The notes under the pieces were generated by a model, which was given only the letters and a program-made list of their open reading frames with translations, did not search any database and was not told the DNA's origin. DNA of 64,000 nucleotides from Moniliella sp. 'wahieum'. Its lineage: Eukaryota. The stretch is from the NCBI GenBank assembly GCA_003971905.1, contig RSEE01000018.1, positions 744,001-808,000 of the forward strand, read 5' to 3'. Of the stretch, positions 1-12,830 are shown piece after piece. Each line of letters starts with the position of its first letter. Position 1 is the first letter of the stretch. Made by a program: the position numbers and the translations under genes.

Positions 1-1645
1 TTTCCCGGACCCGATGGCGGGGTGGAGGAACTGACAGCGCCTGTGTTCCCCGCGCGGGACGCGATTGCCCCTGACGACGAGCGTGGCAGAGCCGATGGGG
101 AAGATAGGTTAAGTTGACCCCATGCGAGAGATTGGGCTCGAGGGTTGTGAGTGCCTGCAGGAGTTGCCTGAGAAGAAGGAACAGGGGTGCCCAAATTGGC
201 GGTACTTTGAACATGGCTTCCCCCCGTAGTCGACGGGAAAGGAGGAGGAGTCTCACTTGTAGTAGGGAAATGGAGAAGATCTGATCGTGTCCCAGGAGGA
301 CTGGTTGATTGGGCTTGAATCAGAGTATGCGAGGCGGCCCTCTGCTCAGTCCTTGTTGGCGGAAGACCGTGCTGGTGGTAGGGGTGAAGCGGCAGCCCGA
401 ACACCAAAAGGCATTCTGGAGGGCTTCTGCGATTGGGATACCGAAATGGATGGGGCCGAAAGTGCCGTTGTGGTGAGGGGCAAGGCGGTTGGAGTAGGCG
501 TTGCCGAACCGCTTGCTTTCACAGACGAAAGAGGTGAAGGAGAAGGGAGCGAAGAAGCGGGTTGGTGCGCGTCTGGAGGCATACAAGGCACAGGCACACT
601 AGCTGCAATGGCGCGCGAGCTGGTGCGCCGTGCGCCTCCTAAGCTAACTGCCCTAGTATGGTGTCCCTCTTCCGTCCTAGTGTGTGTCCCTCCTCTGGAT
701 CAGGAGGAGTGTGGCGAGGCAGCAGGCAAGGCTGATGTCCGGGAAGTGGAGGAGCAGCGAGAGGGTACGCATATCGGTGCGGCCGCGCAAAATGGGGCAT
801 GCCCGTATTCGGCATGGGTTGTGCGACGAATGGCGACGTTGGTCGGATGGACCGTGTAACAGGCACCGGGCTAGGAGCCCGTGGGACGAACCGAGCTGGG
901 AGAAAGTGCGCGACCTACAGGGACAGGGGTGGAAGGATAGGGTCCTGAGTTCCTGCAGTAGGGTCGCTGCCCCCACTTCCTCCAGATGTTTGAGAAGCGG
1001 CCCTGGTGCGAAAGGGGCGTCCGTTTAGACCAGTGACATGGTCCTTTGAACCGGGCCAAGCGTTCGGCGTGGCAGAGGGGGAGGAAGATCGAGACTGCTT
1101 TGACTAAGCTGCGATGGGGTGCGCCAAGCGAGGAGTTTGCTGTGCTTCCGGGGCTTCCCATATCCACCCCCCCCGGCAAGGGCGAGGGAAAGACCACTGC
1201 GGACTGAGGCTGAGGCAGCACTGCGCTTGCGGTCTCGTCTGCCAGCGAGAAAAGAACGCTTGGTTGGCGGGGGTCCAAAGGCTACGGTAGTTGGGGGCGA
1301 GGTAGGTGAGGAAGCGCTTTCACCATCGGCAGAGCCTGGGGAGACGAAAAGGGTTTCAGATGCAGTGCTGAGGGCCATGTGGGGATCGGAAGTGGTATGT
1401 GCGTAACCATGTGTCGTGGAAGAGCTGGTAGGCAGAGAAGTGGACACTTCGGAGGAGAATCGTGTACGGTGGGCATGGAACCGGGTGGGGAGGAAGTTGG
1501 TGGGGTTGCCACGGCCTACATTGCGAGTCTGGTCCCAATCCACCGAGGCGCGCGGAGAGACGCGCTCCTGCTGGATGGTACCCAGAGGCGGGAGGGTAGA
1601 CTCGTGTTCTTGAGCCCCAGAGGAATTGGGAGAGGGTACAGACAC
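1..1645 (-). CDS. Hypothetical Ser/Pro/Thr-rich protein, 5' part, probably running off the left end of the window
   Basis: ORF 1025..1645 (MSVPSPNSSGAQEHES...) is followed by protein-like fragments in shifting frames (639..866, 346..597). No recognisable domain; the start is uncertain. Confidence 0.4.
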
Positions 1646-2353
1646 GCTAATGCTCCCCCAAGAGCCCCGCGAGCGCGTGAGAGAAGGAGATTCAGCGCAC
1701 GATGAGGGCTACGCGTGGGCGCGGCAGTGGATGCGGCAACCGAGGCGGGCAAGTCGGCGGGGGCGGAAATGGAAGGCGACGGGGTGGCGTAGGCGGGACT
1801 TCGGCGGGGGCAGATGAAGGTCCAGAAAAGTGCTCGGCTGGGCGTATCTGCTGGACGGGCGGAGGTTGCTGCTGGGCAAGGTAGGCATGCTGTGGAGGCG
1901 GGGCAATCTCCACTGCGCTGGCAGAGCGGACAGGGGCGGTGGCACGGTGGAGGGCGGAGGCGGAAGGCGGGGGAGGGCGGGGCGTGTGAGGACGTAGTAG
2001 GGGTGCGGGGGGTGGGGGAAGGGAGGGCGGTTGGGCACGAGGGCGGGAGGGGAGGGGCTGGGACGAGTAGAGGCGGGGGCGGATCTTCGTCTGGCTGGGG
2101 GGAGGCCGAGGGGGGAAGAAGGGACGAGACGGCCGAGGCGGAGGCGGAGGCGGAGACGGAGACAGAGCCCTTGTTGGCGTCGCGCCTGCGTGGTCCCCAG
2201 CGGACCATGGTGCGGCGCCAAGAGCCAGATGTGGGGGCGGGGCGTGGTGGTGGTGGGGGGGGATGGGGATGGGGCAACCAACCGACGCCACAGGCGGTTG
2301 CAGCAATACGCAAGCAAGGCGCTGCTACGTACTAGCGTGGCGCTGACCAGCAG

Positions 2354-2865
2354 CTAGTAACTAGTAACCGGTAACCGGTAACCAAACTAGTAACCGCTGC
2401 CAGTACTACGCCCAAGGCCTAAGCCTCAAGCCCACGCATGACTAGGGGCCAGTGACGCGTGACGCGTGACACCTGCATGGGCCCAGGCGCGAACAGCTGC
2501 ACCCGTGACGCGTGGGGGTCGGTGATCATCGCACTCATCATGCATCCCCCTGACGGCCGGCAAGGGTGATGCTGGCCAGCATCGACTGGCCTGTCTGCCG
2601 CCGCGCGCGCGATCATCGAATGATCGATCGGCAATCGTTAATCGCTGCGCTGCGAGTTGCGAGATGCTATGAATATCCTGAATCAGCGCTCAGCGCTGAG
2701 GCTCAGCGACCACCGATCCCCGCCTGACCCCCACCCGTCTCGGCCGGGGCGCTGTAGCCCAACCCTAGCCCAGCCTCACGTCCTCCGCACCGCGCCCCTG
2801 TGCTCCACACGCCCCCGGCAAGTGATGCATGATGCATGATGCATGATGCATGATGCATGAGCATG
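2354..2865. repeat. Cluster of four different 7-bp-period arrays: TAA-CTAG/TAA-CCGG, TGA-CGCG, TCA-GCGC, TGA-TGCA
   Basis: TAA at 2358/2365/2372/2379; TGA at 2453/2460/2467; TCA/TGA at 2683/2690/2697; (GATGCAT)x5 at 2824..2858. Confidence 0.9.
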
Positions 2866-5800
2866 ACGCACAACGAGTAGCTTGGGGCCTGTGTGGGCTG
2901 TGCTGCTTGCCCCTGCTGGCCTTGCGCTGCCGCGCCGTTCCCACCTGGACCTAGCGTGCAACCATCCGACACTGCCCCCGCCTCTCGTTCGGCGCCCAAG
3001 TGGCTTAAAATTACCCCCGCACCCACCCCTCCTAGGGTGCCTGGGCCCTAGTTGTGTATGGGCTCCAATAATCCTCTGCTTGGCATGCTACAAAAACTGG
3101 CGGGCTAATCCACAACACCCCATACCCTCGCGTCCCCCGCCCAAAAGTGCATGGGTACTTTTCTGCCGACCATGCCATTCGATGGCCACAGTGCCTCTCC
3201 CCAAATTTTCAACTTGCCAATGGCCTTCTGGCCCATGCGTATCATTCTTCTGTCTGTACAACATAATGTAACTGCACGCGCTGCCTCGATCCAACTCCAT
3301 ATGGCTGTCCGCTCAACACCATTCCCGCCAGTACACACAGTTTCTCGTATCACACGCTCACACACGTAAAGGGTGTGCCAAACACCGTTAAGACCATGAG
3401 GACACTACGTCAAAAAGATCACCATACATGAACGAAAAGCCAATTAAAAGAGATGGGGAGGATGCGCGTGCGGCCGGCACAATAGACACACACACATACG
3501 GTCAGTTTTACTGTATATGTACAGACCAGGCAGAGGGAAGAGGTGGTTGATGGTGTTTTTTTTGCATTGCACATGAGCTCTGTTGTAGAGAGGGGTTAGA
3601 GAATATACCTGCCTGTTAATATAGGAGGGAACACGGGCGGGCGTAAAACATCGAAACATAATGGGTAATGGCGGGATTGGAAGATGGGTTGATCGATCGG
3701 CAGGATAAGCGGAGTGGGGCTGGGGAGGCACGCGGCAGAGACCCGACGCTTGTCGCGACAGCCATTTGGGGCTGCAATACACGCCTCACCGTCTGGCCTC
3801 TTACTCCATAATGCATAACGGCCCCTCGCTTCGGCCATGCCCCCTGCGAGTGGGACGCATGACAGTCATCCGTCATCTGGCTCCTTTGCCGGCAAAAGAA
3901 GCTTATGTGCGCATGCGCATGCGCATCATATCAAAGCGCTGCCCATGGCCCCATCTCACATCTCGAGAGGTTGGCTGTAAAGGGTCCGGGATGCGTACCA
4001 CCCTATGGCCTGGCTACTGACGACTGACGACTGACGACTGACACGGAACCTATACTCGTCCTCATCGCGCAATGCATGTCCATTTGATACTCACATCAAT
4101 CACTATCACTGTCCGATGAAGAGTCGTCATTGTTGCCCCCTCCTCACAGCGACCACGGAAAGTGTCTTCTTCTTGACGCGCGCGCCCCAGATGTGCATGG
4201 CACCGTTCGTTGCAATCCTCTGGGCCACGTCATTGCTCAGCGCCTTGGCGCTCAGTTCGGGGGCTTCCAGCTGATCCTCAAGCCCTTATGTGCACGTGAT
4301 ACGCCCCCGAGGTGAAGTATTCTCTCGTTTCGTTCCTCCCCGTGACTGGGCCCTTCTCGTCGTTGCGCATCTGTACTCAGTACTGTCTGGCCGTCTTGCT
4401 CTATCATGCACTTCTTGGTATTGTGCCCCTCCAAGCTGGGAACGGCCCAGATCCTGGTCGGAGAGAGATTGTTGTACGACACCGATCTTGGTCCTTGGCT
4501 GCTCAAACTGCGGCAGGTACAGCGCCCAGGCACATCACACAGCTTTTCCTCCAAAGATCGTCCGCCTTGAAGTGGTTCACAGCTCGCTGATTCCGGCCCT
4601 TGTCTTCGGGAGAGTAATTCCCTTCAGGGATGAACGAATGTGGATGGGCGGCTTGAAAGCATTCTTCTCGAACTTGATCATCTCGGCGACACGAGAGCCG
4701 CAGAGAGTTGTTGGACGACGGAGTCCACAGCGCCCGTGGCGGTGCGTTCCCAGTCGTCTGCAGTATTGGGGCCCTGGATCGCGTGATCCGCCTGCATCTC
4801 GAGCTTCGCTTGGATCTGGTCGTTGCTTCTCTCTCACACCCACTGTGAGCACATGCAGAACCTGCACGGAATCATCGAATTGCCGTTCCGGAAATTAGCA
4901 CCGCATATACGGCACCACAGGGGCCTACTAGTAACTAGTAACGAGGGCACGGACAGCGAGGTGGATTCAAGATATTCAAGCGAGCCGGCCTGCCCTCTGG
5001 TGCCAGCCTCTAGCCGAGACAGCCAACCCTCTGATTCCTCCCTCAGAGAGACACATGGACGCTTGTGCTCACGCGTGGTTAGTCATTGTATTGCCGAGCT
5101 GGTATGCCCTGGAACACTGCTGCAGTGTCGCCAATGTTGGGGCGTAGACAGACATAGCCTGTCTAGGGCCCCTGGCTTCGCCCAGATTGGCCTGTGTGCA
5201 CAGATTGGCTGCGCCACCCCCGCGCCTCCTTTTAATCTCCTGCTCCTCTGTGGTTGCATCCTGTCTCCTCACCACCCTCTCATTGCGCCCGTAGCAACCA
5301 GTATCCCATCTCTGCAGCCAGCACATCATAGAGTGCTCTGTGCCACGGCGCAACCGCACCATCTTCTTCCCCTGTCCACCAACATCACCATCGTTGTTGC
5401 CTGCACCCGCCTGCTGCCCGCCTTCCTCGTCCCGCCCCCATCGCTCGGTCCTCCTCGCCTGGTCCGCATTGCTGCCGTACATCTCTAGGATGGACTTACT
5501 AGAGTTATATGAAGGTACCGCCCTCCAACTTGAAGTCTGCAAAGATCCCACTGAGCCCACAGATCACTTGGGCCTATATATTGCAACGCCCCCTCTATGA
5601 TGTTGCTCAGCTCCGTAGCAACTTATAAATACAAGGACCAACACACATCCACTTGGCAGCTCTGCGCAGGACAGACGGGGCCAAGCCGGGTCGTAGGCCC
5701 GCCGGTGGTTTTCTCGTAAGGCAATCAGGCAATGGAGTGGATCTTCCGTCATCGATCATCGAGCGTCTCATCATCATAGGATGCATCGCATCACATCCCT

Positions 5801-6258
5801 CTCTTCCCTGTTGAGAGACAATCAAAGAGAAAAACTCGTCCCCATCCATTTTGTGGACGAGGGCGGGGCAGGTGAAGTGGAGACAAATGGACCCGTTGAG
5901 ACACATTGTTCGAGCAACCGTGGCGTCAAAAAATTCAAGCTTCTCTCTTCAGCGACAGAAGAGGCAATGGATGAGAACAAGATAGATAGGATAGTCGTCT
6001 GGAAAAAAACAGAGAGAGCGGAGAATACATCGTCTATGACATGAACCACAAACTCACCCGCGAGAGGGTATAGAAATGAGCGCGGGAAAGAGCAAGAAAG
6101 AGAAAAGGGTAGAGTAGGGTAGGGAGAACGATCGACATGCAGTGAGCCGCCCAGGCACGACAGGGAGGATAATAGATAAAAAGAAACGTCAAGAAGAAGA
6201 GAGAGAGCGTGTGTGTGTGCCGGGGGGGGGGGAGGGGTGGGGGAAGAACCGCGGCAGG

Positions 6259-8417
6259 TCATAGTAGTGTTGGAGGGGGTAAGACGGGCGCATCAGCGGT
6301 GCCCGTGCCCCGTCGGAGGGGCAGCGTTTGTTTGATTGAATGTGTGGGGGCAGCCTGAGGACGAGAAGACTTGGGTGGATTCGAGGGACGAGCCTTTGAA
6401 AGACGACTGAGTTGAGCGGAGGCACGACGGTCACCATGTTCAGCTGCCAGTTCGTAGTAGATTCGAGCAAGGGAAGTATCCGTCTCGGTTCCAATTCCGT
6501 TTTCGCAAAAGTAGCCCAGGGCAAACTCTGCCTTGGCCAACTTTCCCTCAGCAGCCTTTTGAGCCCAGAGGAACGCCTCTCGGTGGCTTTGCGTGAGGAT
6601 GCCAGGTATGCCGACCAGGTACCAAGCGGTAAGGGCAAAGCAAGCTTCGCTGTGGTTTTGTTGAGCTGCAATGTTGTACATGTGAACACTCAGGCCGCCG
6701 TCAATTGGGCAGCCCATTCGTCCATACTCGTAGTTCTGCCCGAGGAGGTAAGCCGAGGGCGCGAACCCCAGTTCGGCAGCTTGGGCCAACAGCTCACACG
6801 CGTAGTCCGAGTCGGGGTATACTAGCCCTTCGATCCCGCGATTGTGAAGCAGGGCGAGCTCATGGAGTGCGTGAGGCCATTCGGGTGTGGCTGCCTCGGC
6901 CGCGAGCTTGAGGTACTTAACTCCCTGGCGTGCGTTGGCTTGGAATCCCAGCTCAGCATTGAGTTCGGCCTTGCCAAGCCGGTACAATGCGCCTGGGTGA
7001 TTTTGAGAGGCAGCCTTTTGCAGCCAACTGACGGCTCGCCCATTATCTTTGCGACAGCCCCAGCCATTTTCGTAGCATTTCCCCGCCTTGTACGCAGCGT
7101 CGGCATGGCCATGCTTGGCGGCCAAAAGAGGTCCCTCGCCTCCTTCATCCCAGCATTGTTTCGGTGGAAGCCTGGCCTACGCCAGCAGCCAAGCACTCTG
7201 CCAGGTAAACCTGGGCGCCCACATGACCGCGATGTGCCAACTTTCGGAGCATACCCATAGTTTGACGTACGAGCGTTTGAGTTCGATTCTCGTCCATCGA
7301 AATATCGTCCTGGACCTGGACAGCTTCAAGAATAAAGACTGCAATCTCATATGATGTTTCCGGGTCTTGGGCTTTGCGTGCGCTGTGCAAGTACAGTTCG
7401 AGCGTTTCGCCATGGGGCACAACGTCCAGATTAGTGCCCAATTGAAGATGGGCATGGTTGAACCCGACGGCCCCGGCCGCACTGGGCACCAACATCGATC
7501 CCGGACGTTGCGCACCGGCGGCGTACTCACCAAACTTGGGTGTGGGCGTGGACCAGCTGGACACCCTTCGCTCCCGTTGCTGTCCCCCTCCCCTTGGGGT
7601 ATGGGGAAAGTGTTAAGCTTGGCGTTGAGGAACCAGCCGAGCTCGCGATACCCGTACCCTGCCGACCGGGGTCGAAGAAGAATAGTTTCCCCTTGCCAGC
7701 AGCTAGCTCTTTGGTTGTTTGCAATCTCGGCAGCCCCGATGTGGAGGCGAGAGGCGATGCGGTGCCGTACAGGTTCATCTCTGACGGCAACGATAACGTG
7801 AGGTGGTTGTAGTTGACACTGCTCCGTGCGCGAGGGCGAACAACAAACGAGGGGCCGGATGGAGGAGGAGACTCGGTTGTAGATGCGCATGTCGTCATTG
7901 CCTCTGTAGCTTCTGACCCATCCAGTCCGTCGCTCGATTGACTGAAAGCACTGGAACGGTGGTGGACGAGGGACGACATGACGTTATCAATACTGAGGCT
8001 CTTGGAGAAGCGGCCGTCGCTGGTTAACCGTTTTCGAATGTTCTGCATGGCCGACGACGCCCGCTGGGAGTAGCGCTTGGGACGTGGGGGCGGTCGTGCC
8101 TCCAACTTGTTGGTCGCGGAGGACGCAGCAGAGGTGGGGCGGAGAGGAAAGCCCCTGTGGCCATCGTCATCACTCGCAGCGTTCAGTAAGGGGCTTTGTC
8201 GGCATGACAGGGGCGTGGCTGGGGAGGCAAAGGCGGGCATGCTAGTCCGGCGCCCGGGAGACTCAGGCGAGTGGCTGTTGCAGTGGGAGCTGCTGTTGCT
8301 GGACAAGGGACTGGCGGGTCGAGCCGAGGAGACGGCAGCAGCCTGGGAAGAGGCGGCTGCGCGGCTGTCATCTTCGTTGGCTGAGCCAGCGCCGGCAGAG
8401 GGGAAAGGGAGTATCAT
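6259..8417 (-). CDS. SEL1-repeat chitin synthase activator (Skt5/Chs4-like)
   Basis: Tandem SEL1 repeats typical of the Skt5/Chs4 family (HADAAYKAGKCYENGWGC, HALHELALLH, SAYLLGQNYEYGRMGC, ACFALTAWYLVG, KAEFALGYFCENGIG). Ser-rich N-terminus. Joined from ORFs 7527..8690, 7145..7564 and 6259..7125 across frameshifts; ATG at 8417 is assumed. Confidence 0.88.
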
Positions 8418-9346
8418 GTACGATGGTGAGAGTGGGAAAAGGTAGAGGGAGACAGTGGGTTGGGGGATGGAGGCCGACCGGACCCACAGCGTTCCACCAT
8501 GCCAACACACCCAAAGGCTATTATGGAATGGGCAAGGGGAATGTGAGCGCGGGCGGAAGCTCTGGGCAGACTGAGTTAGTTCCCGAGTGCTATCGTATAT
8601 CACCCTGCCCCCATCTTTTGCATATTTGACACGATCCATTTTTGAGCGGCCTCGGCAGCTGGCTACTGGCAAGTGCAGATGGGGCCACATTGCCCCCTTG
8701 CCTGTGTGGTCTCCCGCGCCCCCTGTGTTGCAAGTATATTATTTTTCTCGCACACGCGCTCCCGCCCCCCCCCCAATCGACCCCTACCTTTCGGGTGCCC
8801 CACCTGCCATTATTCATTTCCCCTGTCGATCGAGACCATGCCCAACGTTTTGCTGCATGACTGCGTTCATAAGGAGCTCTTTTCCGCGTCGTGATGAGGG
8901 CATGCACAAGGATGCGGCACTCTGCCACACTGCTCTACTACCACTGGGTGTGGTGGAGAGAACGCCGTGTTTCCAAAAAACTTTCTTGTGAGCGCAGCGA
9001 CACCACATAAGAAAAACTCTCTTCGCCCACCGCAGGCTCGCTTATCCCCGCTGGCAGCTCGTGCCCACCACATCAGGAGGCTAAGGATGTCGCCAGCAGG
9101 CCTCCAGGGCACTCCGACACTCGCCATTGATGTCGAAACCGGATGTATGGTGCGTGCTGGTACCAGGGGATGAAGCCCCCGTGATAATAGACAGTACGAT
9201 GAGAGCGCGAGAGAGAAAGACGAGCGATCAATCATCTCTCATCCGTGGCGGCACAACACCCTCTCAGCTTCATAAGGACCACCAGGGCGAAGAGCAGGTA
9301 TGGAGTGCGCTCCTGATGCCATCATCCAGGCAAACGGGAGGACACT

Positions 9347-9352
9347 AAAAAA
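9347..9352 (-). terminator. RNA polymerase III oligo-T terminator of the tRNA
   Basis: T6 run on the minus strand, 4 nt after the discriminator base. Confidence 0.75.
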
Positions 9353-9356
9353 TTAA

Positions 9357-9449
9357 TGCCAGAGATGGGACTCGAACCCACAACCTTCAGAGGGCTGGCT
9401 TACGTAACCAAGCTTAAGTCTGACGGCTCTACCATTGGCCCACCCTGGC
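9357..9449 (-). tRNA. tRNA with UAA anticodon (nominal Leu), ~20-nt intron after position 37, short variable loop
   Basis: Minus strand reads GCCAGGG TG GGCCAATGGTAGAGCC G TCAGA CT TAA G [CTTGGTTACGTAAGCCAGCC] C TCTGA AGGTT GTGGG TTCGAGT CCCAT CTCTGGC A. The acceptor, anticodon and T stems pair, and the B-box GTTCGAGTC is present. Confidence 0.9.
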
Positions 9450-10279
9450 GTTTGGCGAGGGCGATGCGTGGTTCCAAATGAAGACCGCGATGGTTGCTTC
9501 GCTTGCCTAGCGCCACGGCTGGCCTGGCTTCTTGTAGGTGGGTCTTGATCTTTTGATCGACATCGAGCATCTTGATCGGTTTGGCTCGGGTGCCGCATGT
9601 GATGGGTGTGACGTGGGAGGGTCACATGTCAGGTCGTACGCCGTGCGACATGCCGCCTGCAAGGATCACCCGCGTATCACATGTCAGGCTCGGGGTTTGG
9701 GCCATGGGGCGTGGGGCTCAGGCTGAGCGCCAGGAGGCCGGAGGGGGATGGGGGCGTGGCTGGGCGGCGGAGGGGCCGGGCAGGGGTGCTGGGTATTGGG
9801 CACCGGCGAGGGTCTGGTGCCTACACGAGGCACTGGCCGCCCGCCTGCTTCAAGCAAGCTTCAGCCCCCGCACGTGTGATGAGGCCCACAGGTGCGACAT
9901 GTGACAGCGCCTGCCGCCTGCGTCCGATCGCAGCCAGCAGGCGCCACAGCCCACAGCGCAGCGCTGAGCAGGTGAGCCTGGAGGCTTACATGATGCATGC
10001 ATGACCCGCACCCGCCGGCTCGTCACACCCCTCCTGCGCCGCTCCCACCGCCCAACGCCATGGCCAGTCTGGGCCACTAACACGAACACTACCCATCCCA
10101 TCCCATCTTGAGCCGAGCGGCTGCCACACGCACGCCATGCCGTCCCCGCCGCCCTCGCCCTTGTCCTTGCCCTTGCCCTTGCCCTCGCCTCATCCCTCCC
10201 CACCCCCACCCCCCGCCCCCTCCCACACCCGCCGCACCAGCACCCCGCCCCGCCCGCCGAGTACGACGCAGTGGTCGCC

Positions 10280-12830
10280 ATGGCCCACCCTGCCCATCCC
10301 CAGCACGCCCAGTATCTCGCCCAGCGGCACACCACCACGCCCCTCCCGTCCCTCCACACCCGCTCCAGCCCGCCGCCCGTTTCCCGCCCGCCCCGCTCCC
10401 GCCGCGACCGACCGCGACCGCCACGTGACCCTCGCCGCCACCGCGTGCGCGAGCCGCGGCAGCGCGAGCACCGTTCCCGCCGTCCCTCCTCGCCCTCGGC
10501 TACCGGCTTGGTACAGCCCGCCCTGGCCGAGGGCGAAGATTCCGAGCCATCCGACCCAGACAGTAGTGCGGCAGCCGTTCTTGCTGCCGCTCTGACCTCG
10601 GCCCACCCTAGCATCGTCCCTCTTTCGCCCCGTGTCCATCCCCGCTCCTCCCGTCCCCGCCCGCACACACCCACACCCGCACCCGCTCGCAATCGCGCAC
10701 CCACGTGCGTGTCGCTGTCCCACCTCCTACCTCGCCCATCACCCGCTGCCGAGCACCGCGAATCGAGCGGGTCCAAAACGTCCTTCTCTGTTGTTCCTTC
10801 TGGGTCCCGGAACAACTCTCTCCCTTCCCACCGGCCCAGCAGGACAGATGAGCAGGCTGCAGGGGCGGAATCGGACGTCGAGCCACCGTTGCGACGTCGG
10901 TCGTTGAGGGACGCCAACGTTCCCGGTCCCAGTGCCGGGGGCGGGTCGAGCAGCTTAGCGCGCTCCGTATCTGTGTCGACGTCAGGCTCGCATACGGCAT
11001 CCAAGCTTCGATTTGCAGAGCTTTCGTTGGTGGATCGAGATTCTCGGCCTGGGACAGCGCCTACGTCTACGTCTGCGACGGCATCTACGTCTACGTCTAC
11101 GTCTACGGGTGCTGGGCAGCTAGCACGTCAACTGTCCATCAGGTGGCTCCTGGACACGACCTGGACAAGCACGAGCTCTATGCTGCCAACACGTACTTTA
11201 TCCCTCGGCGCATGGCGCCCGTTGCGCCACCCACGTCGTACATTGCTCCGCGGAGGGAGAGGAGTGCCTCCTCCTCCTCGGCGTGGGGGTACTTTGGGTC
11301 GGCGCTATCGCTCTCTTCGGGTGGGTCCCATGGTTCGGCCGGATCGGCTAAGCGCACCCACGGCGAGATCCGACCTTCGTCAGCATCTAGTCACCAGTCT
11401 TGTGCCACCCCGGACGCCCCCCAACCCACCAGGCGCTCGAGAAAGAACAGCAACCCCCTTTCTCTTTCCACGCCTAGCTCGCCCGTGCCGGCGCTCCTGT
11501 CACGCTTGACCAGCTGGCGGCGTAAGCCGCAGAATGGGGGGGACTCAGAGACCGAGCGGGGGGCTTGCCCTCTTCTCCCCTAGCGAGGGCGAAGACCAAG
11601 GCCACGACCGAGGCACACCCGATGGCCAACCATGACCAACGGGAGGACCAAGGTCAAGGCCAAGGAGGGGCACTTTCGGACGAAATGGAGCACATTGAAG
11701 ATCCACCTTCTGCAGCTGAATTCGAGGTATCCCTTACTTCTCACTCGGACCACTCACTTTCCCTTTCTCCTGCACGTCGTACCAGCGCCAGCCCTTCACG
11801 ATCCCTCTCACCGCCCCACTTGCTCTCCAGCTCACCGCCGTCCCAGCCCGAGGGGAGCAGGAAAGGTAAGCGTGTCCCGCCGCCTCTTAAGTTGGTGCCG
11901 CGACGGTCGGGCACTTGGGCGCTTTGCTCAGTTCACGTCACTCGCCTATGGTCCACGATGACGATTGGGGCCAAGGAACAATTTATAAGTCCCTTCGCCT
12001 CGACTGGGGCAGGAGAGGGAGGAGGAACAAGAGCCCATACAACCGCAACCGCAATCGCAACCGCAACCGCATCAGCCATCGCATCAGCCATCGCAACCGC
12101 CAACGCCAACGCAAATGCAAAAGCAGGACGCACAACATGCGCGTTCGTCTTCTGTTGTACCTGTTGCCACCAGGGGAATATCTTTGGCACTGCTCCTATC
12201 TATCGTCGTACTTTACCCGTGCCGACCTCGGCCCCACCTACCAACACGAGCCATACCCCTACCCCACCTTCTTCCGCTCCCGGCACCGCACGTACCCTCT
12301 CCCCAACCGGTTTCATCCCTTCCTCCGCCCCGCCCACGTCAACTGTCCACATTACCTTGGCCAATGCGAATGCAAATACGAATGGGAATTTAGATGCAGC
12401 AAGGCCCACCCTTACGACACCTACCTCACCCACACTACCACCTACAGGTGGATCTTCTACCCCCCCTTTCGCACTTGGCAACACCAGCGCTTGTTCCCCC
12501 CCTGCGGCGGTACCTCAAACGAGACAGTGTCGGTGCCTCCGTCGAAATCGAAATCGAAATCGATGACAGTGGCATTATCCTTACCACCTCCATCGCCATT
12601 GCCATCGCCATCGGGTACGGGTTCGGGCTTGGCTGCGCCACCCGCGCCTCGCTGGACCCCTTACTTGACCCCATGGTGCGCGGCGCGAGTCAAGCTGCCG
12701 CGGCGGGCCGTGACATCCATGCGTTTGAGGCCATGTTGCGTGGATTTGACAGGCTGATAAGGCCGTCCGAGCTCACGTGGTTGCCCAGCACATTCATCCT
12801 TCCCCCCCCTCGGCTTCCTGACCATTTGAC
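10280..12830 (+). CDS. Hypothetical low-complexity (Pro/Ser/Thr/Arg-rich) protein
   Basis: Chain of overlapping plus-strand ORFs (10271..11509, 11143..11583, 11565..12566, 12394..12837) with protein-like islands (KLRFAELSLVDRD, HDLDKHELYAANTYFIPRR, DIHAFEAMLRGFDRLI). No family recognised; boundaries approximate. Confidence 0.45.

Noticed and set aside
9357..9449. tRNA as a nonsense suppressor or as evidence of TTA reassignment
   Set aside because: The anticodon read 5'-3' is UAA, which decodes UUA rather than a stop codon, and the TTA codons inspected fall at Leu-compatible positions.
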